The translations under genes and the position numbers were made by a program. From positions 1,178,001-1,242,000 of the forward strand of contig AP026162.1 in assembly GCA_030295235.1 (NCBI GenBank): a stretch of DNA of 64,000 nt, in the 5' to 3' direction. This document shows positions 24,700 to 36,272 of this stretch, one piece after another. Under the pieces are notes generated by a model. That model saw nothing but the letters and a program-made list of their open reading frames with translations. It was not told the DNA's origin and did no database searches. Within the stretch, counting starts at the first letter, position 1; each line of letters begins with the position of its first letter. Source of the DNA: Fistulifera solaris. Taxonomy: Eukaryota.

Positions 24700-26237
24700 C
24701 TACTCGAGGAGCTTCAGGTATTCACCCTTAGCTTCAGCTTCCCTGAGTCGATAACCTAATACCAGTTGCCAAAGCGCGAGCTGCTGCAAGGCCGCTCCCG
24801 GGATCGTCATCTCGATCTCTTCTTTCTTTACCTCTTTTGCCCCCTTTGGTGGAGCACTGGTACCTCCGCCCTCTAAAACGAAATCGACCAACATTTGCAT
24901 CGTTTTCACAATTTCTGGACTTATGCCTTCGGTCAAGGACTTGATGTCCCCTTTTCGACTCGCAATGTAGGCAGCAATACCCCCTCCATCCTGATCCAAG
25001 GAAGGTTCCATAGAGCTTACAACTGACTGGTCTCCCAATTTCGATCCACCGGTTTCTCTCCTCAGAGCTTCTTTGAGTGCTTTGGCTTCGTTCTTCAATG
25101 TCTCCATGTATTCTTGAGCGTTCATTTCCACGATAATACCATCTTCCATTTCAATTTCAATCGTTCCGGAGAGTCGCGTTTCGTAGTCGCTACTTTCAGA
25201 ATCTTCGTCGTCATCTTCTTCGAGACCAGCGGGAAGCGAAAGTGAATTGAGTAAGCTTTTTGTGGATCCTCACGGAGTGTCTGCGCCACACCTATTAACC
25301 CCTTTTGAAACTCATCCCAGGAAACTTTTCCGTCTTTATCTTCATCGAAAAAATCGAGAAACGCGTCAATCTCAAAGGATGGCGCTTTGCCGTCGTAGGC
25401 GTCATCCATCAAGTCCTTAATTTCCGATGCCTCAATAAAACCAGATCTATCTGAATCAAGTTTGTCAAATGCTTCTTTGTACTCTTGGAGTGTAGGAGAT
25501 CCCTGGAGCTTCATGAGATCTTTTAGAGCCATGGCGTACTCCGCGTTGCGAAACAGATAACCCGTCATTTGCAACTGAAAACAGAGCGATGCCACCTTAT
25601 CACCCGTGGACTTGACGACGACCTCGATACCCGACGTCGGACTCGCCAATCCGCCCAACAAGCTACCGACAGCTCCCGACATGGCTTGTACAACTTTGGG
25701 ACTTGCTGTTGAAATAAAGCTTCCGATGGCTTGATTTGGCGATTGCGATGACATGAGTCGGAATAAAGCCTGCGAGGGGTCCTGCGATTTTCCCGATTCG
25801 ACATCTTCCACTCGTTCTCGAAGTCTTCCCAATGCTCCGCCCCAATCAATTCCCGTTGCTGGTGTAAATTTCGTGTCTTTAGGTAGTGCTAGTTTCGCAG
25901 CAACTTCTTCATTCGAGTCGAGAAACTCCGACGACGCGATCTGTCGATACGGGTCGATTTCCTCTTCTTCGTCTTCGTCCTCCATTCCGTCTTCATCGCT
26001 TCCACCATCAGCCGGCTGTTTTCTCGTACGGAAGAATATATCCCTTTGCGTGAGAGATTCTTGTCCATGACGTCGCGCGGTGAGAGAGGAATGAGTCGTG
26101 ATAATAGTGAAGGAGGAGACCGGCGGTAAATTGCTGCTGATTGTGAGAAGAAGGATAAGGACGGACATGTATGCCAGAGAGTCGAGCGGCTGCCCGCAGA
26201 AACCAGTCCTTCTTTTAGATCGCTGAATCATTGTCAT
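24700..26237 (-). CDS. DUF760 + EF-hand pair protein with a plastid-type presequence
   Basis: DUF760-like motifs LQMTGYLFRNAEY and LGYRLREAE flank EF-hands DSDRSGFIEASE and DEDKDGKVSWDEF; frameshift(s) around 25150-25260. Confidence 0.82.
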
Positions 26238-26628
26238 TAAATATTACAGTTGACTTATGATAAGAATGATATTTAATTCACATTCAATCTCAGGCTTGTT
26301 CGATTGTGAAAGAACGACGAAAGAAAAAAGTGCACGATGGTCTGACGTCTGACGTTGCGTTGTCCCAGTGCATTTACACGTGTAGATGGACTATGGGAAA
26401 ATGTAGCACTCGTAGCGGTACCCTAGTATAGCTTTAGCATGTATGAGACGCATTCTACCCTACCTAGCTATCCGCAACGGACGAAGCATGCACCAATGCA
26501 ACATGCAACAACAACAACAAAAATAATCAGCCAGCCTCATTCAAAGACTTCTTGCATCCCAATCATTCTCGTCAATCAGTTAAGGCTTGCTTAAGGAAAA
26601 GATCATTTATTGAGAGGAAATCTTCATC

Positions 26629-27990
26629 ATGACGGATTCCGGAGACAACAATGACGAAAAGGAAAAGCAGCTTTCGCCTGCCGAATCGGCTATTATAGAG
26701 ATGCTCAAACAACAAAATATCTCTGCACAACCCATCTCTACACAACAAGGAGATTCTTCACCGCAGCATGCGTTTTGGGATAGTCAGGTACGCTAAAATT
26801 ATACTTTCCTTGAATTCGTCTATTTGCCATCGCGCACTTAACGTTTTTGGCTTTCGTTTGCTTTGCAGCCAATGCCGCATGGCTCACGAGATGAGCATCA
26901 GGAAGGACCCATTCAACCTAACAAACCCACCGAAGAGATTCGTCAGGAGCCTTACGCAATGCCCGCAGGCTTTGAATGGAGCAACGTGAACGTTGAGGAC
27001 GATGCTGAACGTCTTGAGCTGTATAATCTGCTAGCCAACAATTATGTGGAGGACGATGATGCGCTCTTTCGATTCGATTATAGCCACGAGTTTCTCTTGT
27101 GGGCACTGACTCCGCCCGGATTTCGAGCCGATTTCCTGTTTGGGGTTCGTAGTACTTCCAGCAAAAAGCTCGTGGCTTTCATTTCGGCCGTGCCCGCGAG
27201 AGTCAAAATCTACGATAGAGAAGTCGAAGTTGTGGAAATCAATTTTCTTTGCATTCACAAAAAGCTCCGATCGAAACGTCTCGCGCCTGTTCTCATCAAG
27301 GAGATAACACGTCGCGTCAACTTGACAGGAGTCTTTCAAGCAGTGTATACGGCAGGAACGGTCCTACCCGTGCCTGTGGCAAGTTGTCGATACTATCATA
27401 GATCGTTGAATCCTAAGAAGCTGGTGAATGTGGGATTTTCGCGCTTGGGCAGTCGCATGACGATGGCTCGTTTGCAAAAGCTGTACAAATTACCCGAAGC
27501 TCCGTCGACAAAGGGATTGCGACCAATGGAGAAGAAGGATGTCGAAGGTGTTCACACATTGTTGAACACATACTTGGAAAAGTTCAAGATCAAAATTCTG
27601 TTTTCGAAAGACGAAATTGCGCATTGGTTGCTTCCGCGGAAGAACGTAATTGACACGTACGTAGTGGAATCGCCAAATGGGGAGATCACAGACATGCTGT
27701 CGTTCTATCATCTACCAAGCACGATTTTGAACCAAGATGATACCTTGTATGCAGCCTATTCGTATTACAACGTCGCAACATCGATGGATCTGCTTGAACT
27801 AATGCGAGAGGCACTCATTCTAGCAAAGTCTAAAGGAACGGATGTTTTCAATGCACTCAACCTGATGGACAACCAAAGCATAATGGAGCCTCTTAAATTT
27901 GGTATGGGAGACGGCAACCTTCAATATTATGTTTACAATTGGGCGTGCCCCGAGATGAGTTCAGATAGTGTGGGAATTGTATTGTTGTAA
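26629..27990 (+). CDS. NMT: Glycylpeptide N-myristoyltransferase
   Basis: Motifs [50 protein letters not shown] and KFGMGDGNL; intron 26788-26868. Confidence 0.97.
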
Positions 27991-28119
27991 AAAAAAAGTT
28001 AAAAGCTACCTTTGATTATCAAACCGGATCTGGCTAGGTAGTTCCCTCTATATACGCCATGAGCACGATTGTCGATAAGTTGCAAGCAACTCGTAACGCA
28101 ATCTTTGATTCTTGATTCT

Positions 28120-29072
28120 TTATCGCGAGTTGTACGTGTTCGGCGAGTTTCCATTCGATGTTGTTGGTGTCCTCTTACCTTCCATTGCCACTACCGACTG
28201 ACTAGCCATTCGACGTTGTTCTGCCTGTTCGTTTTCATCCAGTCTCTTTCGCCGTCCTTTCGCTAGCGTATAAAGTACGAAGAGGGTTGTTTGCGTCAAC
28301 ATGAGTAACAACGAGCCAGAAAATCGCATAGCCGAGAAAGGTTTAGCGTTGTACGGGGTTGTTTGGAAGAGACGACTTTTACTTCTTGAAATGTGTCCTC
28401 TTCTTTGCGGATAGGGCTGCTGAAGACCAGGAGGCTATCGTCGAACGTGGATGCCAGTAATTCGTCGAGCTTGCCTATTACGATGTTGGAATCGATCATT
28501 AATTGGAAGGCCTCTTCCATTGCTTCAACCGACGCAACTTCGAGTTCCGAAAAGTTCTTTTCGGAATTTTCACTGAGTGATTTTTCATAATAATCCGATC
28601 CAACCTGGAAAACACCAAATCTCATGATCCACGTTGACCAAGTAAAAACGTCGCCAGATATTCTTCTCACAAGAAGTTCTGGTTCACTGGAAATAATGGA
28701 CATGCTATCGGCTGACTGTAGAGATCGCGGCTGTGATTCAAAATTCGACAGACATAGATTGCTTTGCGAGGTCAGGTCCTGATTATCCCTTACAACTGAT
28801 ACGTCCGCTTCGTTGCACAGCAAGGTAAATAATGAAGCGACTACCCCCTTTTGTACGCTGCTTTCAGGATCGTTTAGTTCGCTGAAGTCATCACTATCCC
28901 TGTACTGGGGAAACCATAGTGAAAAGCGTATTGTAATAGTCTTCGAAGCACTTGCCGTGGCTGTTTGTAGGCTTCTGGCATTTTGCTCTTTAAACAAAGA
29001 AGATCGACATGGCTTCAGCAGCGACAACGACAGTAAAACCATGATGTATTTCGTCCAATTTGCTTGCCGCAT
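28120..29072 (-). CDS. Type I membrane protein: signal peptide, two RSLQ (RXL) motifs, C-terminal TM and basic tail
   Basis: ORF 28296..29114 is frameshifted into 28120..28329, which carries the TM (FSGSLLLMLTQTTLFVLYTLA) followed by KGRRKR. Both ends are approximate. Confidence 0.65.
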
Positions 29073-29465
29073 GGTAGTTATTCCTGCCACGCCGCCCATT
29101 CTCTTTATTTTCACGTCTTTATGAACAATTGAATGAATGAATGACGAACAAGGCGGTGAATAATAATACCTTCGTTTGCTTTGTTATTGTTGTTGTAATT
29201 GCACGCGTGCTCCGTTGGAGGGAATGATTGCGAATAACACGAAAATCGCTCTCACACCTCACACAGAATTTCAACGGCTCACTACACATTGTCCATATAC
29301 CTCTTGGTATAACATCATGAGTAGCTAAGATGTCTGACTGGCATAACCCTGCTTACTATGCTGTGAAAAGAAGACGACTTTTTCAACGACTCAACTAATT
29401 TTCAGTCCCGTGTAACAAGTGCATTGTTCAAGGTACGGTGTAATCTATTTATAATGGGCCGAGGC

Positions 29466-29486
29466 TGTGTGTGTGTGTGTGTGTGT
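29466..29486. repeat. (TG)10 microsatellite inside the Helitron 5' end
   Basis: Read directly; followed by CCGTCCGTC. Confidence 0.95.
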
Positions 29487-29786
29487 CCGTCCGTCACGGG
29501 TGAGAACTTTTTTGCCGCTTTTTTCCGGTTTTGCTTCGTCGAGTGGTTTTGTCGCTTCTCAGCTTGCGAACCCGCGAAGCGCCGTCATCGAGTCCCGCCC
29601 ACTGGTTCAGTCACTCTTTTGCTTTTCTGTTTCCGCGAAAGACTCTATAAAAAAGCCAGCTTTTACGTGACCGCTGTCGCATTTCTCCGACAAAGTAAAC
29701 AGCCAACAAGCTTATTCTTTTTTTAAATCTCGAATTAAACAATTAGTAACAAATTAATTGCGTACGATGAAATAATCGAAGAAAGA

Positions 29787-30785
29787 GTGAGATTGGCTAA
29801 TGCCGAACGACAACGTGTTTACCGAAAGACTCTAACTGCGAATAAAAAACAGACCCAGAAAAAGAACGATTGCGTCCGTCAACGAAAGCAAAGAGCGACA
29901 CAAAACGAAAATAAAAGACAGGCCCAGAGAAGAAGCGATTCTGTCCGACAACGAAAACGGAGAGAAACAATCGACGAAAATGAAAAGCAGGCGGAGAGGA
30001 GTTATAATGCTGCGCGACAACGAAAATGGAGAGAAACAATGGGCGAAAATGAAGAGCAGGCGGAGAGAAGTAATAATGCTGCGCGACAACGACTACGGAG
30101 AGAAACAATGGGCGAAAATGAAAGACAGGCAGAGAGAAGTAATAATGCTGCGCGACAACGACTACGGAGAGAAACAATGAGCGAAAATGAAAGGCAAACT
30201 CAAACAACAAATGCTACTGCACGACAGCGAATGGAGCGACAGCAAGCAAGAGTCAATGACGTCAACCAACAAAATGAAAGAAGAATGGGCCGTTTATTCA
30301 TGCACGCGAGAAACTGTCGAATCGAATCATTTGATCCGCGTACCGTCGAACCTTTAACTCTTGGTCCACAAAATATACGGTGTAGTTTTTGTGGTGCCTT
30401 TGGATTTAAAGCAGAAAACAAAGGAACGATTGCAAAGCCTCATTTTGGAAAATTATGCTGTAACAAAGGGAAAATTGACCTTCCGTTCTTTCCGCATTTG
30501 CCGCCTGAACTACGCGGTTTGCTTCTTGGTGAAGACTCTCGAAGTAAATATTTTCGAAAGCATATACGGAAGTTTAATTCGGGGATGGCCATGGCGTCTT
30601 TGCAAGTTACCGAAACAATTCACGGTGCAGGCCCTGCTGCTTTTACCGTTTCTGGGCAGCTTTTTCGTCGTATTGGACCATTGCTCCCAACAGGATCGGA
30701 AGTACCAAAGTGTCTCCAAATTTATTTTTACGACCCCGACACTCAAGTAAATTTACGACTACAACATCTTCGAGAGGATGCTGAT
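29787..30785 (+). pseudogene. Helitron RepHel N-terminal fragment (R/E-rich repeats and Zn-finger-like region)
   Basis: CSFCGA..F..E..LCCNKGK, FRKHIRKFNS.MAMASL, FTVSGQLFRRIGPLLP and LQIYFYD are typical of the RepHel N-terminus. No HUH/Y2 motifs follow. Confidence 0.85.
29870..30235 (+). repeat. 63-bp (21-aa) coding tandem repeat, about 5-6 copies
   Basis: Unit ERSNNAARQRLRRETMGENERQA and variants. Confidence 0.9.
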
Positions 30786-31254
30786 TCTCCCTCTCAAGAT
30801 CAACAGTGTCATAATCCTGATCCGCAACATCAATGTTTCAAAAGGTCATTGTAATGGCACACGATACATCGTTCAATCCATTTCAAATCGTCTAATCAAA
30901 GCAAAGCGTCTTACACCGGGCCCATACTTGGAAATTTTAATTCCTCGCATTCCAATGCCATCTAAAGAAGCTGATTTTCCTGCAATCTTCAAACGAACTC
31001 AATTCCCGGTCCTCCCTGCATACGTTTTGACTTTCAATCGAGCTCAAGGTCAATCTCTTGAACGAAGTGGATTGGAACTACCACAAAGTGTCTTCAGTCA
31101 TGGACAACTATATGTAGGCCTATCACGAAACGGAGATCCTAACACAGTTTTTGTTCATGCCAATCAAGATGAATTTCAACACCTTCAACAACAATTACCA
31201 CAACAACAAACATACACAAGAAATGTGGTTTATCGACAAATGTTCCAAACCTAA
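30786..31254 (+). pseudogene. Helitron Pif1-like helicase C-terminal fragment
   Basis: Motifs IILIRN..GHCNGTR, LIPRI, RTQFPV.PAY.LTFNRAQGQSL and FSHGQLYVGLSR. There is no Walker A. Confidence 0.92.
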
Positions 31255-31719
31255 TTCTAAAGTTAAACACTCCGTACTCCATAACCGTAACTATATAACC
31301 TCAACTCTATTTCTTCAAATGCCCCCCGCAGAATAATAGCCCGCGTAAGCGGCTAGTTGTAATAACTAAAAACGACATACGGATGTTCTTTAGATAATAC
31401 ACTCTGTTTAAACCATAGATACTACAAAAGCACTTGATTGCGTTAGCGATGATGATAGTGCTGTAGGGCTAAATTGCATGGGTACTTTGTATCGTTATGA
31501 CTTATACTTACGACTCACCTGACTTCAATCCTGGTTACTACATCGTAATGGAGTAGACTGGTAGATGCATAGTCCACTGCCCATTCGAAAGCTTGTACAC
31601 TATTAATCACGTCTCTTCTTGTTGTACTTTTCTCCGATTGATACGCCACTTAATGATTTTTGGTGATTCACTTCATAAATGGAGATAAGAGAACGATGAG
31701 CAAACTTGATCTCGACTTA

Positions 31720-32950
31720 TTAAATAAGAGCTGGATTTCCTGATTTCATATTGGCTTCAACGGCTCGAATCTTCTTCGCTGGTTGTGTCGCTGTGGATCC
31801 TCTTGCGGAATCGAAGCTCCCTATGATTCCACCAAGTATCCAGCGGTTTTTTACGAATACGTCATTGGCCATAGTGCCATTCTGTCGGACGCGGTTGCCG
31901 CAAAACGGATTTTCACTGAAAAAGAAGAAAGTTGATTGGGTTCCCCGTCCTCGTCCATCTCGGAGTATAGATCGAACATTTGCGCCAGACCAGGAGGAAT
32001 GCTCTCGATTCTATCCAGATCCAATAAGTACTGACAATCTGCGATTCCTTCTAACTCCGTATTCGTTGTAGATAAAAAAGGGGTCCCATTCTCAATACTA
32101 TTCAAAGTTTCCTTCCAATCGTAGTCTGGCACAGTAAAGCCGGGGTTGAAAAACACCACGATATCTGCCTTTGGTATATCATGTTGTTTCAATAAATCAG
32201 CTGAGTAGAGTCCTTTGATCGCAAAAAGACGAAGCGTGCCTGTAGTCGTAGATTCTCCTCCCGACGACTGCATTGAAACTGTCTGTTGGTAAACTTCACT
32301 CGGGCATTCAGGGCCAAGGAAATACAGTTCGATAGTTTCGTTTCGACACGTCTCGGCAAGATCGGAGAGGGCATCAGCATACGCTTTTGCAGCGCGATCC
32401 TTTCCGAGTCGCCCCAAAGTTCGCCGTCCAGCGATGCACCGATGATATGGAGAATAAGCTTACCCGCTTTCGAACAAGCGCGGAGAGTCTCCGAATAACA
32501 TGTTGTTTCTCCAAGAAGGACGTTAGCGAGCGTTGCCTGATAAGAATGTTTCTCGCTTTCTATTCTGTTCCTGGCTGCTTCTACTTTATGTTGTTCTAAG
32601 GACTGTTCTTCTCCATTTTCGACTGCTTCGTCGTCTTCGCATAGACGGAGGAGAGAACAGATGATGGCAGAGTGACCCATAGCCGTGTCTCGATTCTCCT
32701 CTTCGAGACTGTCACTAACAATCGGTACATTCGCATCTTGTTGACGGCACGCATCGGAGCAATAATTAACGCGTTTGCAATTCCGACAAGGAATCGCAGG
32801 ACTCTCTGCAGTACCAACTTCCTTGCCACATGTACAGCAAGCGTCAAAGCCCAATGAAAATTCAAAATCGGGGTTGGCGTCGATCAAGTGCGCCGTTCGT
32901 GTCTGCTGCTCGGGTAGGTCGTCTAAGTTACAAGAACGAAGAAAATCCAT
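31720..32950 (-). CDS. MYND zinc-finger protein with an MSS51/ZMYND15-like C-terminal domain
   Basis: CxxC..CRNCKRVNYCSDACRQQD..H..IC, LHIIGA..ELW, DIVVFFNPGF and ENPF; frameshifts at ~32418 and ~31920. Confidence 0.8.
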
Positions 32951-33225
32951 GGTAGTAATTTGAAAAGAGTTTAGTACAAGTGCATTATTTGAGAAATTGG
33001 TGATCCTGTCGGTGCTTTTGTTTTTGACGAAAGAGTTTTCTTGGTTCTTGCGGTTTTTGGCAACGGTCGAAAAAATGGACCCAGGATCAAGGATTCCGGA
33101 TTCCAAAAAAAAAAAGGTCGTTAACCTAAGATACAGTCAGCCAGGTCTTCCAGCTACTTTTACTAATCCAAATAGAGAGTTCAAAGTTGCAAAAAAAACA
33201 CGACATATCTAAAACATATTGGAGG

Positions 33226-35283
33226 TTAACGCCTTCGTCTTCTGTGCGAGCGGTGGGGCTCGTCTTCCTCCGTCAATGAATCGAACGAGTTGGAGCCAAC
33301 GTCGTAGCTGTTTGATTTGAAGGAATCGTCGTCAGAAAAGTCTTCATCTCGTTCCATCATCGTACAGTTAAGAACTTTCTCGATAAGAGACCCTGCATCT
33401 GATGAAGCTTTTTGCTTTCCTCCTCAACGCTGTTGTCAGTCTTTCCGGTTCTACATATTACTCTGTCATCGAAACGGACGGTAGTACAAGCATGAGCCAG
33501 TGCATCGAAAATTGTGTCGCCTCGTTCCTTACTAGCTTTCGTATTTCGTTTCTCCGAATTCTTTTCTTTCTCCCGCCGGCTTGAAACGACGTCCTCCAGA
33601 GGCGATAGCGGGTTGAGTGCTGATCCCACTGTTTTGCCAAGTTGAGTAAAGACTGAGCTTTCGTAGAGTGTTTTTACTACTTTCAGAAAGCGAACAAAGC
33701 TGAAATCCTTATTCATCGAAACCTTGATTAAACCGGGGTCAGACATAAGAGTAAAATCGATGAGAATGTGAACGTGAACAGGGCAACGTACCTTAGCGAT
33801 GCTCTCCTTCTTGTCATGCATAGTTCCCCAGCAGTAAGGAAGTTCAAGAACCATGCCATTGTCACAGCAATCAATGATGATTGTAACTGTAACACCATAG
33901 CGCATTGGTGCTAAAAGCGTCTTGAACATGAGAGTGTCACGAATAAGGCCGCTAGATTTATAGTCACTCGGCACAACAACTTCATCGTAAGTGCCTACTT
34001 GATCACTAGGGTCACCGAGTACACGTCCACCATGGCCAGAAAACTGCACGAAAACCACGTCACCAGGCTGAGATTCTTCTGAGAGAGCTTTGAATGCTTC
34101 GACGATATTCATGAAAGTCGGCGGAGGATGTTCTCCGTCGTCCAGTAGCACTGTCATATACTCCTTTCCCTCTGGAAAATTATGAACATTCACAATGTAG
34201 TCCTTCATGAAGAAAAACGAATGCGAGATGGAAAATAGATTAGGCCATTGCCAAAGATTCGAGACGTAGTTAAGGCGATGGCAAAGTTTCATACCTTCAT
34301 GGATCTTATGTCATCGTGACTTGCTTTAAGTTCTGCATCTTTCAGTTCATGATAATTGCAACCTACAAGTAGCGATCTCTTTTTGTTTTTCTCTGGATTG
34401 AAGTTCTCGGGCGTCAGTGAAAATGGCTTGTTGAGGTCAATTTTCCGACTGGTTGTTACTTTTGGGGCTTGTGCGTATCCAATTTCTTTAAATTCAACTT
34501 TCATTCTGCGCAACAAATCAATCCAGTTTATGCTAACAGAGCTCTGACCCCCGAAGTCTAAGGATATACCAGATTTGGGTGATTTAGGTAGCGGATCCGT
34601 GTCAGTTTCATCGTCATCATCATCGAACAGCGACTCGGCAGCCGCTTCGGATTGTGCAGCGCCGGCAGCATCGTTGGCCGAGTCATAGAGAACTTTCAGT
34701 AGTGTGTTGCAGCATGCGCCGCCATAAGAGCGACCTGGCTCCAAAGCACCATCAGTGGCGGTGTACTCCTGAGTTGGCCATGGGGTAAAGTGTTAGCTTG
34801 TGAATTCGAAAGTAATTTTAAAGGCTTATCAAACGAAAAGCATTAGATCCGTACCTCGCTTGTTGGAAGGTCCCACACTCGCCCATAACGTGTAAATGTG
34901 CCACCGATTACTCGAATATCAGCAGGTAGGAAAGCAGCACTTTTTCGTGCATACTCTTCTGACGAAAGCGAGGAAACAATTCTATCCAACTCCGGGTCGT
35001 CTCGTCTAGTCACAGGAAGCTGATTGCTATTGTTCGCTACAACTTGAAGATAAGCCATCAAGTCTGCCATAGCCAGGTTGACATGTACTTGGTCATCTCT
35101 AATTTTTGTGACGGGAAGTTCATTATCTTGGGTGTCGCGCTCATCTCTCGACTCGTTCCGGGAAGTGCTGGCTTCGATAGGATCAATATGATCCACTTCA
35201 CCTTGATCCCCTTGTTGCAACGTTTCTACTGCTCCAGGGAGAGGAATCTCGATAACTTCTGGTTTCGAATCTGAATTTCCCAT
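33226..35283 (-). CDS. Type III-like metacaspase (p10 before p20) with an N-terminal MGNSDS motif
   Basis: p10-like ADIRVIGG..GGACCNTLL..WIDLLRRM..QAPKVTTS precedes p20 KRSLLVGCNY..FSGHG..IIDCC. Introns 34769-34854, 34203-34294 and 33723-33791; frameshift at ~33400. Confidence 0.88.
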
Positions 35284-35707
35284 ACCACCTCGTTTTTGAA
35301 TTATGCGAAGAAAAATGCCGTTGTTGACTGTCGTTCCTTTGCTCTGATAAAAGCAACGCACAGAAAAGCCAATTCAAGAACACTTAACAAGCTAAAACCA
35401 TGTAACAAAGCGGGTCCCTTGAGCTTTTCCCTTCAATTTTAGGAAGCCTGATGGACGTCAATGTTATCGCGACAAAGTAAAAAATTTCAAAAGATGAACA
35501 AAACAATGGTGAAGGAGCGTGTGCCGCTCGCCAGATCCTATGCAGAAACCAAGCAAAAGTACATCATATAATATAGTGACGCGAGCCGACTTGAGAATTA
35601 ATTGAAAAGTAGAACTTTTCTCGCAAAGGTTATTTTTACTATGTGAGATGGAAACTATTGGCGATACACTGGAAAATAGTTACCGCTTTTATAACGTCTA
35701 TGTTTTT

Positions 35708-35771
35708 CGATTTCGATAGACGAAGTACCGAACTTTAAGTTCGGTACTTCGTCTAAGGCTTATCGAAATCG
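35708..35771. repeat. Nested inverted repeat: 19-bp perfect arms with a 1-nt spacer, plus outer 11-bp arms
   Basis: TAGACGAAGTACCGAACTT-T-AAGTTCGGTACTTCGTCTA at 35717-35755; CGATTTCGATA at 35708 and TATCGAAATCG at 35761. Confidence 0.95.
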
Positions 35772-36272
35772 CGAACTTTCATTGCGTCATGACTTGGGTG
35801 ATGAGTGATGAGGGAGAGGGAAAATCTAGCTCTCTAGCTAGATCGGTCGAAATTAAAGTGTAGTACTTCTTCTAAAATATACTACTATTTGCAATGAACC
35901 AGTAGGTTAGCTCATGAACCTTGATCAAGAGCAAGTTGAAGCAAGGATTATTTTCTTTTGAAGATCCATGAACAACGATGCGGAAGGGGTTTGCCATTCA
36001 GATTCCTAGAAGGAATTCACTAGCATTAGCTCCGCATTAGCTCGATTTCTACAGTAGTAAGTTTCGCCGGTCATTTAGCTAATGGTGTTCTGAATAAAGT
36101 TCTCTACATGCACAAAACCAGGAAGGCAAATCAAATAAAACCAAAATATGACAACGAAAGCGAGAATCCGAGTGCTCTCTCGAACAATCGACGTGGCTCT
36201 AAAGCTAATCCGCTAATATTTGAGTTATCTATATAATACAGCGACCGCAACGATCACTTCTACGTGATTGAA

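Larger units (their letters stand above)
29444..31356 (+). mobile_element. Helitron, internally deleted non-autonomous derivative with both termini
   Basis: 5' TC (A|TCTATTTATA); 3' hairpin CCGC-GTAA-GCGG directly followed by CTAG|T; A^T target with no TSD; contains RepHel N- and C-terminal coding remnants. Confidence 0.92.

Noticed and set aside
29438..31363. TGTAA on both flanks of the Helitron as a target-site duplication
   Set aside because: It is offset by one base. Helitrons make no TSD, and the A^T junction explains the ends.
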